From Escherichia coli (GTDB lineage Bacteria; Pseudomonadota; Gammaproteobacteria; Enterobacterales; Enterobacteriaceae), in assembly GCF_003018115.1 (NCBI RefSeq), contig NZ_CP027457.1: DNA of 64,000 nucleotides. One strand, written 5' to 3'. This document shows positions 11,829-24,501 of this stretch, piece by piece (position 1 is the stretch's first letter; every line of letters starts with the position of its first letter). A program made the position numbers and the translations under genes. The notes beneath the pieces were generated by a model. That model did not search any database. It saw only the letters and a program-made list of their open reading frames with translations, and was not told where the DNA came from.

Positions 11829-13193
11829 TTACGTGCAGATTTCGTAGCAAGGGATGTAGGCTGAGCCTGGCAATTTCATACGATGCTGGGCAACAAAACC
11901 CTGTAGCAGGTCGTCCATACGACGCATAATCTCTTTATCGCCGTTGATTTTGTAAGGACCAAACTCTTCAATGGCGCGAATACCGACTTCTTTTACGTTA
12001 CCCGCCACAATACCGGAGAACGCACGGCGCAGGTCGGCAGCCAGCACTTCAACAGGTTGATCCGGGTAAAGCTTCAGATTAGCCATATTCTCGTGAGACG
12101 GCTCAAACGGCATTTGCAAATCTGGTGCAATGCGCATTGACCAGTTAAAGCTGTAAGCGTCACCAGTGTCGCGGCGATTTTCTTTCACCAGCGGCATCGA
12201 TTTTTTCATCTGACGAGCGACTTCAGCGGCGTCATCAATGATGATGCGGTAATGGCGGCGCGCGTTTTCACCCAGCGTATGCACGACAAACTCGTCCAGT
12301 ACGCGGAAGTAGTCGGCGCTCTCTTTCGGGCCGGTGAGGATCAATGGTAAAACCTGATCTTTATTGGCCGGGTTCATTAAAATTCCCAGCAAATACAGCA
12401 ATTCTTCTGCCGTACCCACACCGCCAGGGAAGATAATGATACCGTGAGCGATACGGACAAACGCTTCCAGACGTTTTTCGATATCCGGCATGATGATCAA
12501 TTCGTTGACCAGCGGGTTAGGCGGTTCAGCGGCGATAATTGACGGCTCTGTCATACCAATAAAACGACTGTCTTTGTAACGCTGCTGCGCGTGTCCGACC
12601 GCAGCACCTTTCATCGGCGCTTCCATCGCTCCCGGACCACAGCCGGTGCAGATATTCAGCTCACGCAGGCCCAGCTGGTTTCCGACGCGACGGGCATACA
12701 AATACTCATTTTCGTTAATTGAGTGACCGCCCCAGCAGACCACCATATTTGGCGCTTCACCCACATGCAGCGCGCGAGCGTTACGCAAGATGGAAAAGAC
12801 CAGGTTAGTGATGTGTACGGAGTTGTCGAGATTCAGGTTGGGAAAACGAACGGTGTTATGGATTTGCCCGTAAACGAAGAGAATGTCTCGCAGAACCGCG
12901 AACAAGTTGGCCTGCAAAGCGCGAATAATTCGCCCATCGACAAAAGCCTCTTCCGGGGGATTAATCAGTTCCAGCTTTACGCCGCGTTCACGGCGCAGGA
13001 CGTTAATATCGAAATTTTCAAAACGAGACAGCAATTCTTTGCTGTTATCGGTCAAACTACCGGAGTTCAGTACGGCAAGTGAACAGTTGCGAAACAGTTG
13101 ATAGAGGTCGCTGCTGGCGGTGCGTTTAAGCATATCCACTTCCAGCTGCGACAACATATCCATGGAGCCAAGCGGGCTAATATGTGTAATCAA
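11829..13193 (-). CDS. ppnN: pyrimidine/purine nucleotide 5'-monophosphate nucleosidase (LOG family)
   Basis: 454-aa [27 protein letters not shown]...; formerly ygdH. Confidence 0.85.
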
Positions 13194-13304
13194 GAAAAAC
13201 TCCTTATGGGACGAATATCGTCATTCCCTTTGATTACAATAGCCCTGCCTGATGACCTTTCACAACCTTCTGCGTGAATCCAGCACGCAAAATTGAGAAA
13301 AAAT

Positions 13305-14153
13305 TTATTGCCGAACCAGTCTTGTGGTCGATGGGACAAAATCGCTATTACTGCGCCACGGGTTAATGTCCAGACCGCCACGACGGGTATAACGTGCGTA
13401 AACGCTCAATTTCTCTGGCTGGCAGAAGCGTAACAGGTCATTAAAGAGGCGTTCCACGCACTGTTCGTGGAACTCGTTGTGATGGCGGAAAGAGACCAGG
13501 TAACGCAGCAGTTTTTCTCTGTCAATTTGGCGTCCACGATACTGAATTTGGATCGAACCCCAATCTGGTTGATGGGTGATCAGGCAGTTTGATTTCAGCA
13601 GGTGGCTGACGAGCGTCTCTTCCACTACTTTTTCACCACTGGTGGCATTCTCCAGATAGTCAGTAGTGAATTCATAGTTATCGATAGTGATATCCTGGTC
13701 ATCAATGCAAGTGCCATTGAAATGACCTATCGGCTGGCCTTCCAGTTCATCAAGACGATATAACGCCACGCTAACCTTACCCTGAGCGCAAGTGCTTAAG
13801 TCGCGCTCCAGCGTCTGGCGCACCTCATCCCAGTTATTAAAACGCGTCTGGTTAAAACTGTTGAGATAGAGCTTAAAACTCTTCGACTCAATCAGATTTA
13901 CGCTGGTGTAATCAAGTTCAACATGACCGACAGCGACCTGCGGCAAACCTTTCGCATTCAGCCAGGAAAGTTCATACAGCGTCCAGATATCCGTACCGTG
14001 AAAAGGCAGGTTATCCGCTTTCAGACCCAGCGGGTCGCGATTCAGGCTGCGTGGAACGCCTTGCAGTAGGCTGGCGTCATAGGTATCCCGGTAATCGGTT
14101 GATTTTCCAAGAGTCAGGCCCGCAAGTGCCTGATGGTTTGCATAAGAAGACAT
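13305..14153 (-). CDS. queF: NADPH-dependent 7-cyano-7-deazaguanine (preQ0) reductase
   Basis: 282-aa [24 protein letters not shown]... Confidence 0.9.
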   Translation of the reverse strand: MSSYANHQALAGLTLGKSTDYRDTYDASLLQGVPRSLNRDPLGLKADNLPFHGTDIWTLYELSWLNAKGLPQVAVGHVELDYTSVNLIESKSFKLYLNSFNQTRFNNWDEVRQTLERDLSTCAQGKVSVALYRLDELEGQPIGHFNGTCIDDQDITIDNYEFTTDYLENATSGEKVVEETLVSHLLKSNCLITHQPDWGSIQIQYRGRQIDREKLLRYLVSFRHHNEFHEQCVERLFNDLLRFCQPEKLSVYARYTRRGGLDINPWRSNSDFVPSTTRLVRQ

Positions 14154-14220
14154 GTTTCACCGTCATAAACCAGATAAACTAAACGACAAGTGTATCTGGT
14201 TTAAGTGAAGAGAGAAATTA

Positions 14221-14766
14221 GTGGACGATTTGACCGCACAAGCCCTGAAAGATTTTACTGCACGCTACTGCGATGCGTGGCATGAAGAGCATAAAAGCTG
14301 GCCGTTAAGTGAGGAACTGTACGGCGTTCCTTCACCGTGCATTATTTCAACTACTGAAGATGCCGTATACTGGCAACCCCAGCCGTTTACCGGGGAACAA
14401 AATGTAAACGCGGTTGAACGCGCTTTTGATGTTGTGATACAACCCACAATTCATACCTTTTATACGACTCAGTTTGCCGGGGATATGCACGCGCAGTTTG
14501 GCGATATCAAACTGACATTGCTGCAAACCTGGAGTGAAGACGACTTCCGTCGGGTGCAGGAAAATCTGATTGGTCATCTGGTGACTCAGAAAAGGCTAAA
14601 ACTGCCACCCACGCTATTTATCGCGACGCTGGAAGAAGAGTTAGAGGTCATCTCGGTGTGTAATCTCTCCGGTGAAGTGTGCAAAGAGACGCTGGGAACA
14701 CGTAAACGGACGCATTTAGCCTCAAATCTTGCGGAATTCCTTAATCAACTTAAGCCTCTTCTGTAA
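14221..14766 (+). CDS. syd: SecY-interacting protein Syd
   Basis: 181-aa [27 protein letters not shown]... Confidence 0.9.
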   Translation: MDDLTAQALKDFTARYCDAWHEEHKSWPLSEELYGVPSPCIISTTEDAVYWQPQPFTGEQNVNAVERAFDVVIQPTIHTFYTTQFAGDMHAQFGDIKLTLLQTWSEDDFRRVQENLIGHLVTQKRLKLPPTLFIATLEEELEVISVCNLSGEVCKETLGTRKRTHLASNLAEFLNQLKPLL

Positions 14767-14985
14767 TCCAAATACCCCATCTGGTTGTGAGAGATCTCTT
14801 ACAGACTCTGTAGGAGATCGCCAGGAAATAAGCGAATACTTAAAAAGATAAGAATCGTTATTTTCATTTAAAATCAAAATGTTGATTGTTAATTCTTAAC
14901 TTTCATATGAAATTTTCCTTAAGGCATTGTCTGTAAGCGCCTTGTAAGACTTCGCGAAAAAGACGATTCTATCTTCGTCGACAGG

Positions 14986-15343
14986 GAGTCAGACAACGAA
15001 GTGAACATCAGGATGATGACACTTCTGCAGGACACACCAGGATGGTGTTTCAGGGAAAGGCTTCTGGATGAAGCGAAGAGGATGACGCAGGACGCGTTAA
15101 AGGACACCTCCAGGATGGAGAATGAGAACCGGTCAGGATGATTCGGTGGGTCAGGAAGGCCAGGGACACTTCAGGATGAAGTATCACATCGGGGTGGTGT
15201 GAGCAGGAAGCAATAGTTCAGGATGAACGATTGGCCGCAAGGCCAGAGGAAAAGTTGTCAAGGATGAGCAGGGAGCAACAAAAGTAGCTGGAATGCTGCG
15301 AAACGAACCGGGAGCGCTGTGAATACAGTGCTCCCTTTTTTTA
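14986..15343 (+). ncRNA. csrB: CsrB small RNA (CsrA-sequestering)
   Basis: ORF-free segment with about 18 CAGGA(T/A)G / AGGA motifs spaced 10-25 nt apart, ending in hairpin GGAGCGCTGTGAATACAGTGCTCCC plus T8 (15311-15343); lies between syd and yqcC. Confidence 0.9.
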
Positions 15344-15387
15344 TTCCTGCTATCCTTCGCGGCAGTTTTTCTTATTGAGGTTGCTTT

Positions 15388-15717
15388 ATGACCACTCATG
15401 ACCGCGTTCGTCTCCAGTTGCAGACGCTTGAAGCGTTACTGCGTGAACATCAGCACTGGCGAAACGATGAACCCCAGCCGCATCAATTTAATAGTACCCA
15501 ACCGTTCTTTATGGACACCATGGAACCACTGGAGTGGTTGCAGTGGGTGCTGATCCCGCGAATGCACGATTTGTTAAATAACAACCAGCCGTTACCGGGC
15601 GCTTTTGCCGTTGCTCCCTATTATGAAATGGCGCTGGCGACGGACCATCCGCAACGCGCGCTTATTCTGGCTGAGTTGGAAAAACTGGATGCTCTTTTTG
15701 CGGATGATGCGAGCTAA
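15388..15717 (+). CDS. yqcC: DUF446-family protein
   Basis: 109-aa ORF; synteny csrB-yqcC-truC. Confidence 0.8.
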   Translation: MTTHDRVRLQLQTLEALLREHQHWRNDEPQPHQFNSTQPFFMDTMEPLEWLQWVLIPRMHDLLNNNQPLPGAFAVAPYYEMALATDHPQRALILAELEKLDALFADDAS

Positions 15718-16499
15718 TGCTGGAAATACTCTATCAGGATGAATGGCTGGTTGCGGTAAATAAACCCTCCGGCTGGCTGGTTCACCGCAGCTGGCTGGAT
15801 CGCGACGAGAAAGTAGTGGTCATGCAAACCGTGCGTGACCAGATAGGCCAGCATGTTTTTACTGCTCATCGTCTGGACCGACCCACTTCTGGTGTGTTGT
15901 TGATGGGATTATCCAGCGAGGCCGGACGGCTGCTGGCACAACAGTTTGAACAGCACCAAATCCAGAAACGTTACCATGCGATTGTGCGCGGCTGGTTGAT
16001 GGAAGAAGCGGTGCTGGATTATCCACTGGTGGAAGAACTGGACAAAATCGCTGATAAATTTGCCCGCGAAGATAAAGGCCCGCAGCCAGCAGTGACGCAT
16101 TATCGCGGTCTGGCGACCGTAGAAATGCCGGTAGCGACCGGACGTTACCCGACCACGCGCTACGGCCTGGTGGAACTGGAGCCGAAAACCGGACGCAAAC
16201 ATCAGCTTCGCCGACATCTTGCCCATTTGCGTCATCCGATTATTGGCGATAGCAAACATGGCGATTTACGCCAGAATCGCAGCGGTGCTGAGCATTTTGG
16301 CCTTCAGCGCTTAATGCTGCATGCCAGTCAGTTGTCATTGACGCATCCTTTTACTGGCGAGCCGCTGACTATTCACGCGGGCCTGGACGACACCTGGATG
16401 CAGGCGTTATCACAATTTGGCTGGAGCGGTCTGCTTCCTGAAAATGAAAGGGTTGAGTTCAGTGCGCCATCGGGTCAGGATGGAGAGATAAGTTCCTAA
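15717..16499 (+). CDS. truC: tRNA pseudouridine(65) synthase
   Basis: 260-aa [27 protein letters not shown]..., RluA-family motif HRLDRPTSG. Confidence 0.9.
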   Translation: MLEILYQDEWLVAVNKPSGWLVHRSWLDRDEKVVVMQTVRDQIGQHVFTAHRLDRPTSGVLLMGLSSEAGRLLAQQFEQHQIQKRYHAIVRGWLMEEAVLDYPLVEELDKIADKFAREDKGPQPAVTHYRGLATVEMPVATGRYPTTRYGLVELEPKTGRKHQLRRHLAHLRHPIIGDSKHGDLRQNRSGAEHFGLQRLMLHASQLSLTHPFTGEPLTIHAGLDDTWMQALSQFGWSGLLPENERVEFSAPSGQDGEISS

Positions 16500-16516
16500 T
16501 CCAGGGAGAAAACGGT

Positions 16517-16966
16517 ATGGCGGAAATTGGTATTTTTGTCGGCACCATGTACGGAAATTCGCTGTTAGTGGCGGAAGAAGCAGAAGCAATTCTGACCGCA
16601 CAGGGCCACAAAGCAACGGTATTTGAAGATCCTGAATTAAGCGACTGGCTGCCCTATCAGGATAAGTATGTTCTGGTGGTTACGTCCACGACCGGGCAGG
16701 GCGACCTTCCTGATAGCATTGTGCCGCTCTTTCAGGGAATCAAAGATAGTCTGGGCTTCCAGCCGAATCTGCGTTATGGCGTGATTGCGCTCGGCGACAG
16801 CAGTTATGTAAATTTCTGCAATGGCGGCAAACAGTTCGATGCCTTGTTGCAGGAACAGAGCGCTCAGCGGGTTGGCGAAATGCTGTTGATTGACGCCAGT
16901 GAGAACCCGGAACCGGAAACGGAATCAAATCTGTGGGTCGAACAGTGGGGCACGCTGTTGTCCTGA
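16517..16966 (+). CDS. yqcA: flavodoxin-like protein
   Basis: 149-aa [26 protein letters not shown]... Confidence 0.85.
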   Translation: MAEIGIFVGTMYGNSLLVAEEAEAILTAQGHKATVFEDPELSDWLPYQDKYVLVVTSTTGQGDLPDSIVPLFQGIKDSLGFQPNLRYGVIALGDSSYVNFCNGGKQFDALLQEQSAQRVGEMLLIDASENPEPETESNLWVEQWGTLLS

Positions 16967-17019
16967 TATGTTCAGCGAGCGGTAAATGTCGTTTTAGCGG
17001 TGCTGAATCGAATCTTTTC

Positions 17020-17074
17020 AGGCAAATGCCAGTAAAAACTGCTTCATAGCGCGGATTTTTACTGGCGTTTGCCT
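17020..17074. other. long inverted repeat (19-bp stem AGGCAAATGCCAGTAAAAA / TTTTTACTGGCGTTTGCCT, 17-nt loop)
   Basis: Read directly; 54 bp downstream of yqcA stop; no adjacent T-run on either strand. Confidence 0.6.
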
Positions 17075-17400
17075 GGAGTCAAGCGATCCATTTCATACTC
17101 TTCTTTATTTCTTCGTTTTAACCCTTCCTTTCTTGTTCTTGTTTTCATTTCCGTGAAGTGGATTCCACCGTCCAGGGCTAATGCCAAAATCGGGCCTCAT
17201 TGAACGCATTAATGTTGTGTTGTTGCACGGTGAGCCGCTATGGCGCGCTTTTTATACTGCTATTGCCAGATATAAACACGCGCCGTATTCGGCGAACGAC
17301 CTATAAAAACGGCAAAAAACACCCTACGTCACCTCTGATTTCCTGGCGATGTCGCAGTCCAGAGTGAGCGTGGCTAACGCGAATTTTCAGGAGTGCAACA

Positions 17401-18753
17401 ATGAGTTCTTTAAGTCAGGCTGCGAGCAGTGTGGAAAAACGCACGAATGCTCGTTACTGGATAGTGGTGATGTTGTTTATCGTCACATCCTTCAACTACG
17501 GCGACCGCGCTACGCTTTCTATTGCCGGTTCGGAAATGGCCAAAGATATCGGCCTTGATCCCGTGGGAATGGGCTATGTGTTCTCTGCCTTCTCATGGGC
17601 TTATGTTATCGGGCAGATCCCTGGTGGTTGGTTGCTGGATCGTTTTGGTTCAAAACGCGTCTACTTCTGGTCGATCTTTATCTGGTCGATGTTTACCTTG
17701 CTGCAAGGCTTCGTCGATATCTTTAGTGGATTCGGCATTATCGTTGCCCTGTTTACGCTGCGCTTCCTGGTCGGGCTTGCTGAAGCGCCATCTTTCCCCG
17801 GCAATAGTCGCATTGTTGCGGCCTGGTTTCCGGCGCAGGAAAGGGGAACGGCGGTGTCGATTTTTAACTCCGCTCAATACTTCGCAACGGTGATCTTCGC
17901 GCCGATTATGGGCTGGCTGACGCATGAAGTGGGCTGGTCACACGTCTTTTTCTTTATGGGCGGTCTGGGCATTGTCATCAGCTTTATCTGGTTGAAAGTC
18001 ATCCACGAGCCAAATCAACATCCGGGTGTAAATCAGAAAGAGCTGGAGTACATCGCCGCGGGTGGCGCGCTGATCAATATGGATCAGCAAAACACCAAAG
18101 TTAAAGTGCCGTTCAGCGTGAAGTGGGGGCAGATCAAACAGCTGCTCGGGTCACGGATGATGATCGGCGTTTATATCGGTCAGTACTGTATCAACGCCCT
18201 GACTTACTTTTTCATTACCTGGTTTCCGGTTTATCTGGTGCAGGCGCGTGGGATGTCGATTCTGAAAGCGGGATTTGTGGCTTCCGTTCCGGCGGTTTGC
18301 GGTTTTATCGGCGGTGTGCTGGGTGGGATTATTTCCGACTGGCTGATGCGCCGCACGGGATCGCTGAACATTGCGCGTAAAACACCGATCGTAATGGGCA
18401 TGTTGCTGTCGATGGTGATGGTGTTCTGCAACTACGTCAACGTTGAGTGGATGATCATCGGCTTTATGGCGCTGGCCTTCTTCGGTAAGGGCATCGGGGC
18501 GCTGGGTTGGGCAGTAATGGCAGATACCGCGCCAAAAGAGATCAGCGGTCTTTCCGGTGGCCTGTTCAACATGTTCGGTAACATTTCTGGCATCGTCACG
18601 CCAATCGCAATTGGTTATATCGTTGGCACGACTGGCTCCTTTAATGGGGCGCTCATTTATGTTGGTGTTCATGCCTTAATCGCGGTACTGAGCTACCTGG
18701 TGCTGGTGGGCGATATCAAGCGTATCGAGCTGAAACCTGTCGCGGGGCAATAA
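17401..18753 (+). CDS. gudP: glucarate/galactarate transporter (MFS)
   Basis: 450-aa membrane ORF preceding gudX-gudD. Confidence 0.88.
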   Translation: MSSLSQAASSVEKRTNARYWIVVMLFIVTSFNYGDRATLSIAGSEMAKDIGLDPVGMGYVFSAFSWAYVIGQIPGGWLLDRFGSKRVYFWSIFIWSMFTLLQGFVDIFSGFGIIVALFTLRFLVGLAEAPSFPGNSRIVAAWFPAQERGTAVSIFNSAQYFATVIFAPIMGWLTHEVGWSHVFFFMGGLGIVISFIWLKVIHEPNQHPGVNQKELEYIAAGGALINMDQQNTKVKVPFSVKWGQIKQLLGSRMMIGVYIGQYCINALTYFFITWFPVYLVQARGMSILKAGFVASVPAVCGFIGGVLGGIISDWLMRRTGSLNIARKTPIVMGMLLSMVMVFCNYVNVEWMIIGFMALAFFGKGIGALGWAVMADTAPKEISGLSGGLFNMFGNISGIVTPIAIGYIVGTTGSFNGALIYVGVHALIAVLSYLVLVGDIKRIELKPVAGQ

Positions 18754-18754
18754 G

Positions 18755-20095
18755 ATGACGACACAATCCAGTCCTGTTATTACTGATATGAAAGTCATTC
18801 CGGTCGCCGGGCACGACAGCATGTTGCTTAATATTGGTGGGGCGCATAACGCATATTTCACCCGCAATATTGTGCTACTCACCGATAACGCCGGGCATAC
18901 CGGCATTGGTGAAGCGCCAGGCGGAGAGGTGATTTATCAGACATTGGTCGATGCTATTCCGATGGTGCTGGGCCAGGAAGTTGCGCGCCTGAATAAAGTG
19001 GTTCAGCAGGTGCATAAAGGTAATCAGCCAGCCGATTTTGATACCTTCGGCAAAGGTGCCTGGACTTTTGAATTGCGCGTTAATGCCGTGGCGGCGCTGG
19101 AAGCCGCCTTGCTTGACCTGCTAGGTAAGGCGCTGAATGTTCCGGTCTGCGAACTGTTAGGGCCAGGCAAGCAACGCGATGCTATCACCGTCCTCGGTTA
19201 TCTGTTTTATATCGGTGATCGGACTAAAACCGATCTTCCTTATCTGGAAAATACACCGGGCAACCATGAGTGGTATCAGTTGCGACATCAGAAAGCGATG
19301 AACAGCGAAGCCGTTGTGCGTCTGGCGGAAGCCTCACAGGATCGCTATGGCTTTAAAGATTTCAAACTTAAGGGCGGGGTGTTACCTGGCGAGCAAGAAA
19401 TCGACACTGTTCGTGTATTGAAGAAAAGCTTCCCGGATGCGCGGATTACCGTTGATCCCAACGGTGCCTGGCTGCTTGATGAAGCCATTTCTTTGTGCAA
19501 AGGGCTGAATGATGTTCTTACCTATGCCGAAGATCCATGCGGCGCAGAACAGGGCTTCTCCGGACGTGAAGTGATGGCGGAGTTTCGGCGGGCGACCGGC
19601 TTGCCCGTCGCGACTAACATGATCGCCACCAACTGGCGCGAAATGGGTCATGCGGTGATGCTCAATGCGGTAGATATTCCACTTGCCGATCCGCACTTCT
19701 GGACGCTTTCCGGTGCAGTCCGTGTGGCGCAGCTTTGCGACGACTGGGGGCTGACCTGGGGCTGCCATTCTAATAACCATTTCGATATCTCTCTGGCGAT
19801 GTTTACCCATGTGGGCGCGGCGGCACCGGGTAATCCTACCGCTATCGATACCCACTGGATTTGGCAGGAGGGCGACTGTCGCCTGACCCAAAATCCGCTG
19901 GAGATTAAAAACGGAAAAATTGCCGTTCCTGATGCGCCCGGTCTGGGCGTGGAACTGGACTGGGAACAGGTACAAAAGGCACATGAGGCCTATAAACGTC
20001 TGCCTGGCGGTGCGCGTAACGACGCAGGTCCGATGCAGTACCTGATCCCCGGCTGGACCTTTGACCGTAAACGTCCCGTTTTCGGCCGTCATTGA
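18755..20095 (+). CDS. gudX: glucarate dehydratase-related protein (enolase superfamily)
   Basis: 446-aa ORF paralogous to the following gudD ORF. Confidence 0.88.
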   Translation: MTTQSSPVITDMKVIPVAGHDSMLLNIGGAHNAYFTRNIVLLTDNAGHTGIGEAPGGEVIYQTLVDAIPMVLGQEVARLNKVVQQVHKGNQPADFDTFGKGAWTFELRVNAVAALEAALLDLLGKALNVPVCELLGPGKQRDAITVLGYLFYIGDRTKTDLPYLENTPGNHEWYQLRHQKAMNSEAVVRLAEASQDRYGFKDFKLKGGVLPGEQEIDTVRVLKKSFPDARITVDPNGAWLLDEAISLCKGLNDVLTYAEDPCGAEQGFSGREVMAEFRRATGLPVATNMIATNWREMGHAVMLNAVDIPLADPHFWTLSGAVRVAQLCDDWGLTWGCHSNNHFDISLAMFTHVGAAAPGNPTAIDTHWIWQEGDCRLTQNPLEIKNGKIAVPDAPGLGVELDWEQVQKAHEAYKRLPGGARNDAGPMQYLIPGWTFDRKRPVFGRH

Positions 20096-20115
20096 TTCTG
20101 AAAAAGGACATAAAT

Positions 20116-21456
20116 ATGAGTTCTCAATTTACGACGCCTGTTGTTACTGAAATGCAGGTCATCCCGGTGGCGGGCCATGACAGTATGCTGATGAATCTGA
20201 GTGGTGCACACGCACCGTTCTTCACGCGTAATATTGTGATTATCAAAGATAATTCTGGTCACACTGGCGTAGGGGAAATTCCCGGCGGCGAGAAAATCCG
20301 TAAAACGCTGGAAGATGCGATTCCGCTGGTAGTGGGTAAAACGCTGGGTGAATACAAAAACGTTCTGACGCTGGTGCGTAATACTTTTGCCGATCGTGAT
20401 GCTGGTGGGCGCGGTTTGCAGACATTTGATTTGCGTACCACTATTCATGTAGTTACCGGGATAGAAGCGGCAATGCTGGATCTGCTGGGGCAGCATCTGG
20501 GGGTAAACGTGGCATCGCTGCTGGGCGATGGTCAACAGCGTAGCGAAGTCGAAATGCTCGGTTATCTGTTCTTCGTCGGTAATCGCAAAGCCACACCTCT
20601 GCCGTATCAAAGCCAGCCGGATGACTCATGCGACTGGTATCGCCTGCGTCATGAAGAAGCGATGACGCCGGATGCGGTGGTGCGCCTGGCGGAAGCGGCG
20701 TATGAAAAATATGGCTTCAACGATTTCAAACTGAAAGGCGGTGTACTGGCCGGGGAAGAAGAGGCCGAGTCTATTGTGGCACTGGCGCAACGCTTCCCGC
20801 AGGCGCGTATTACGCTCGATCCTAACGGTGCCTGGTCGCTGAACGAAGCGATTAAAATTGGTAAATACCTGAAAGGTTCGCTGGCTTATGCAGAAGATCC
20901 GTGTGGTGCGGAGCAAGGTTTCTCCGGGCGTGAAGTGATGGCAGAGTTCCGTCGCGCGACTGGCCTGCCGACTGCAACCAATATGATCGCCACCGACTGG
21001 CGGCAGATGGGCCATACGCTCTCGTTACAATCCGTTGATATCCCGCTGGCGGATCCGCATTTCTGGACGATGCAAGGTTCGGTACGTGTGGCGCAAATGT
21101 GCCATGAATTTGGCCTGATCTGGGGTTCACACTCTAACAACCACTTCGATATTTCCCTGGCGATGTTTACCCATGTTGCCGCCGCTGCACCGGGTAAAAT
21201 TACTGCTATTGATACGCACTGGATTTGGCAGGAAGGCAATCAGCGCCTGACCAAAGAACCGTTTGAGATCAAAGGCGGGCTGGTACAAGTGCCAGAAAAA
21301 CCGGGGCTGGGTGTAGAAATCGATATGGATCAGGTGATGAAAGCGCACGAGCTGTATCAGAAACATGGGCTTGGTGCGCGTGACGATGCGATGGGAATGC
21401 AGTACCTGATTCCTGGCTGGACGTTCGATAACAAGCGCCCGTGCATGGTGCGTTAA
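20116..21456 (+). CDS. gudD: D-glucarate dehydratase
   Basis: [27 protein letters not shown]... (start at internal Met of ORF-track entry). Confidence 0.9.
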   Translation: MSSQFTTPVVTEMQVIPVAGHDSMLMNLSGAHAPFFTRNIVIIKDNSGHTGVGEIPGGEKIRKTLEDAIPLVVGKTLGEYKNVLTLVRNTFADRDAGGRGLQTFDLRTTIHVVTGIEAAMLDLLGQHLGVNVASLLGDGQQRSEVEMLGYLFFVGNRKATPLPYQSQPDDSCDWYRLRHEEAMTPDAVVRLAEAAYEKYGFNDFKLKGGVLAGEEEAESIVALAQRFPQARITLDPNGAWSLNEAIKIGKYLKGSLAYAEDPCGAEQGFSGREVMAEFRRATGLPTATNMIATDWRQMGHTLSLQSVDIPLADPHFWTMQGSVRVAQMCHEFGLIWGSHSNNHFDISLAMFTHVAAAAPGKITAIDTHWIWQEGNQRLTKEPFEIKGGLVQVPEKPGLGVEIDMDQVMKAHELYQKHGLGARDDAMGMQYLIPGWTFDNKRPCMVR

Positions 21457-21468
21457 GACAGAAAACCA

Positions 21469-21494
21469 AAACCGGCTCTATCTGGAGCCGGTTT
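21469..21494. terminator. hairpin AAACCGGCTC-TATCTG-GAGCCGGTTT, likely bidirectional terminator (gudD / barA)
   Basis: 10-bp stem read directly; T-rich tail on the minus-strand side (TTTTGGTTTT). Confidence 0.5.
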
Positions 21495-21580
21495 GAGACT
21501 GATGCCAAACGCAAAATTGCCTGTTGCGCTACGTATCAGGCCTACATGATTTTTTTAATTCATTGAATTTAATTGGTTTT

Positions 21581-21615
21581 GTAGGCCGGATAAAGCGTTA
21601 ACGCCGCATCCGGCA
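21581..21615. repeat. REP element (GTAGGCCGGATAAAGCGTTAACGCCGCATCCGGCA) with a second REP-like copy around 21512-21547
   Basis: Matches enterobacterial REP palindrome consensus. Confidence 0.6.
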
Positions 21616-21688
21616 TAAACACAGACACTTTGTCACCAATCTGAAACCTGCTTCATAAAAAGCCGATTGCTACTCGACAAGACGTCCA

Positions 21689-24445
21689 TTACCCGAGAAT
21701 TTTGCTGGCTTCGCGCGCGACATTATCCATCTCGTCCAACAGTTCCAGCAGCTCCGGCTCCAAATCTTCTTCTTTAGTACCGCTACGTAGCTGTTGTTCG
21801 ATCAGTTGGCAGAGATTCTTCATACGCGGCACACCGCTATAGCCGCAACTGCCATGCAGTTTATGAATCAAATCAACCAGGCCTTCCGGGTTTTCTCCAA
21901 CCAGCTGTTCCTCAACTTTGTTGCGAACTTCAGGCAGGAAATCGAGTAACATTTGCAGCATATCGCGCGCTAAATCGGTTTTTCCTGCTGCCTGGCGTAG
22001 TGCCAGTTGCCAGTCGAGGGTCGCATTCGGGTTCACCACAATTTCGTTGACTTCGGGCGTCACGACGCGAGAGGAAATACCGCTGCCAGGCTTGTAGCGC
22101 AACAGCAAATTATGCAATCGCTCTTCTTCAATCGGTTTCGCCAGATAATCGCTCATCCCTGCGCCAAGCAGCTTCTCTTTTTGCCCGGCCATTGCATGCG
22201 CCGTTACCGCGATAACCGGCGTTTGTTGCTGATGGGGGAGCTGGTGGATGAGCTCGCAGGCCCGAATGCCATCCATGTCAGGCATTTGAATATCCATTAA
22301 GATCAAATCGAACGGCATCTGTTTCGCCCGTTCAACCGCCTGATGCCCGCTATCGCAAAGTTCCACATGTTGCACCATATCTTCCAGCAATGCGCCGATA
22401 AGTTTCAGGTTAGCGGGGTTGTCATCAACTGCCATGACTGTCATTGCCAGCTTGCTTTCATCGGTTACAGGCAAAAGCGTGTTTTGTTTGTGATGACAAA
22501 ATTCCGTCAGGGCAGGCAACAGGCGCGTAGGTGTTAATGGTTTCAGCAGACACGCGCCGATACCATCTTGCTTGAGTTTTTCTGCATTGACTTGTGCATG
22601 GCAAGGAAGTGCCAGCATCAGGAAATCGGTCATCGATACCGCTTTCGCTAATCGCTCATGTTGCATTGTTAGCGGCTCGCGGAAGGTCACCGCGATGCCT
22701 AACAACATCATGTCGTAATGCGCGGGAGGCAGCGCGGAGAACGTTGGGCTATAAACCACTTCCAGCGGCGTTTCACTTAAAATATCCAGCGTGCATTGCG
22801 CTGCTGCGGAGTTTGGTTCGACATAGGCCAGGCGCTTACCGGCGAGGCACTGGGTGGATGGCCCTTCGATAATAATGTTCGGGTTCAGATCGAGATTAAT
22901 GTGGAACCAGAAAGTTGAACCGCGATTCGGCTGGCTATGGAACGAAATATCGCCGCCCATTTCATTAACCAGTTTTTGTGTAATCACCAGCCCCAGACCG
23001 GTGCCACCATGACGGCGGGAAATACTGGCATCAGCCTGTCGGAAGGCCTGGAATAAGCGCGATTGATCGCGTTCAGGAATACCAATGCCGGTATCCCGAA
23101 TCTGCACTTCAATCTGCACTTTGGTATTACTCAGCGCACGTTTTTCTACCAGAATATCAATGTTGCCATTCTCGGTGAATTTAATTGCATTCCCCACCAG
23201 GTTAGTGATGATTTGCTGTAATCGCAGTGGGTCGCCGATCACGTTATCAGGCACGTCGCTTTTAATATTGAGCGTCAGTTCCAACCCTTTATCGTGAGAA
23301 GAATGTGCCAGCAGAGTAACGACTTCATCCAGCGTGCTGCGTAGTGGGAATGGAATACTTTCCAGAATCAGCTTACCTGCTTCCAGTTTCGAGAAGTCGA
23401 GAACATCATTAATAATTGCCAGCAAATTATTTGCCGAACGTTCAATCGTATTCAGGTGATCGCGCTGCGTTGGTGTTAATTCTGTTTTCAGCGTCAGGCG
23501 GGTAAAGCCAATAACACCATTCAGTGGTGTACGCAGCTCGTGTGACATATTTGCCAGAAACTCGGATTTAATACGCGCCGCTTCCTGGGCGCGCTTTTTC
23601 GCCAGATCTAACTCAACGTTCTGAATTTCCATCTGCTCCAGCGTTTCACGCAGATCGGACGTCGCCTGGTCGATATTGTGCTGCATCTCTTCGTGATAAG
23701 CAGCCAGCGACATTGCCATCGAGTTGATACCGTTTTTCAGCATATCCAGCTCGCCGAGCATAAATCCTTCCACCCGGCTGTCGAGTTGCCCGCGACGGAT
23801 GCGGTCGACGGTATTCACCATGTTGCGAATCGGACCGGTTACATCGCGCATTAAGCGCCAGCCAAAAATAAGCGCAATACCGATACAAAACAGCATCATC
23901 ACGCTGGAAATAAAGATCTCTTTATATTGCTGCAAGCGAACCGATTTAAGATCCAGCTCAAGCGCAATATATCCCAACATATTTTGACTATTTTTGGCAT
24001 CGCTACTGGGCGATTCGTCGGGGGAGTAACTCTCAGAAATAATCGGCGTGCGGAGGATCATAATATCGCCGTCACGAGTGACAGTGAGCTGGCGAGGAAA
24101 CGGCACGTTGCTGCCGAGCTGCATTGATGAGGGATCAAGATGAAAATTGGAGGTGACAAAGAGTCGGTTATTTTCATCATAAACCGAAATCGCGCGAACA
24201 ATATCGGAATGGCGACGATGCAGTACGCTTATTAACTGACCGATAGATTCGCGATTTTGCAGGCTCATGCCATATTCAGTAGAAACTGCAAGCGGCTCAA
24301 TAATGCTGGCACCGGCATCTTCCAGTTGACGCTGCAAGTCGTTATAGCGATGCACGACGAAAAAGATACTCAGCAATAAACCAATAAGGACGGTCGGTGC
24401 CAGGATCAGAATCATCATGCGTGCGCGCAGGCTGTAGTTGGTCAT
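21689..24445 (-). CDS. barA: hybrid sensor histidine kinase BarA
   Basis: 918-aa ORF with HAMP, HisKA (SHELRTP), HATPase, receiver and HPt regions. Confidence 0.92.
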
Positions 24446-24501
24446 GGAGTTCCGTTATGGGACAATTAAGGTCACACTGTTAAATTGAGAAAGTCTCGCC
24501 A

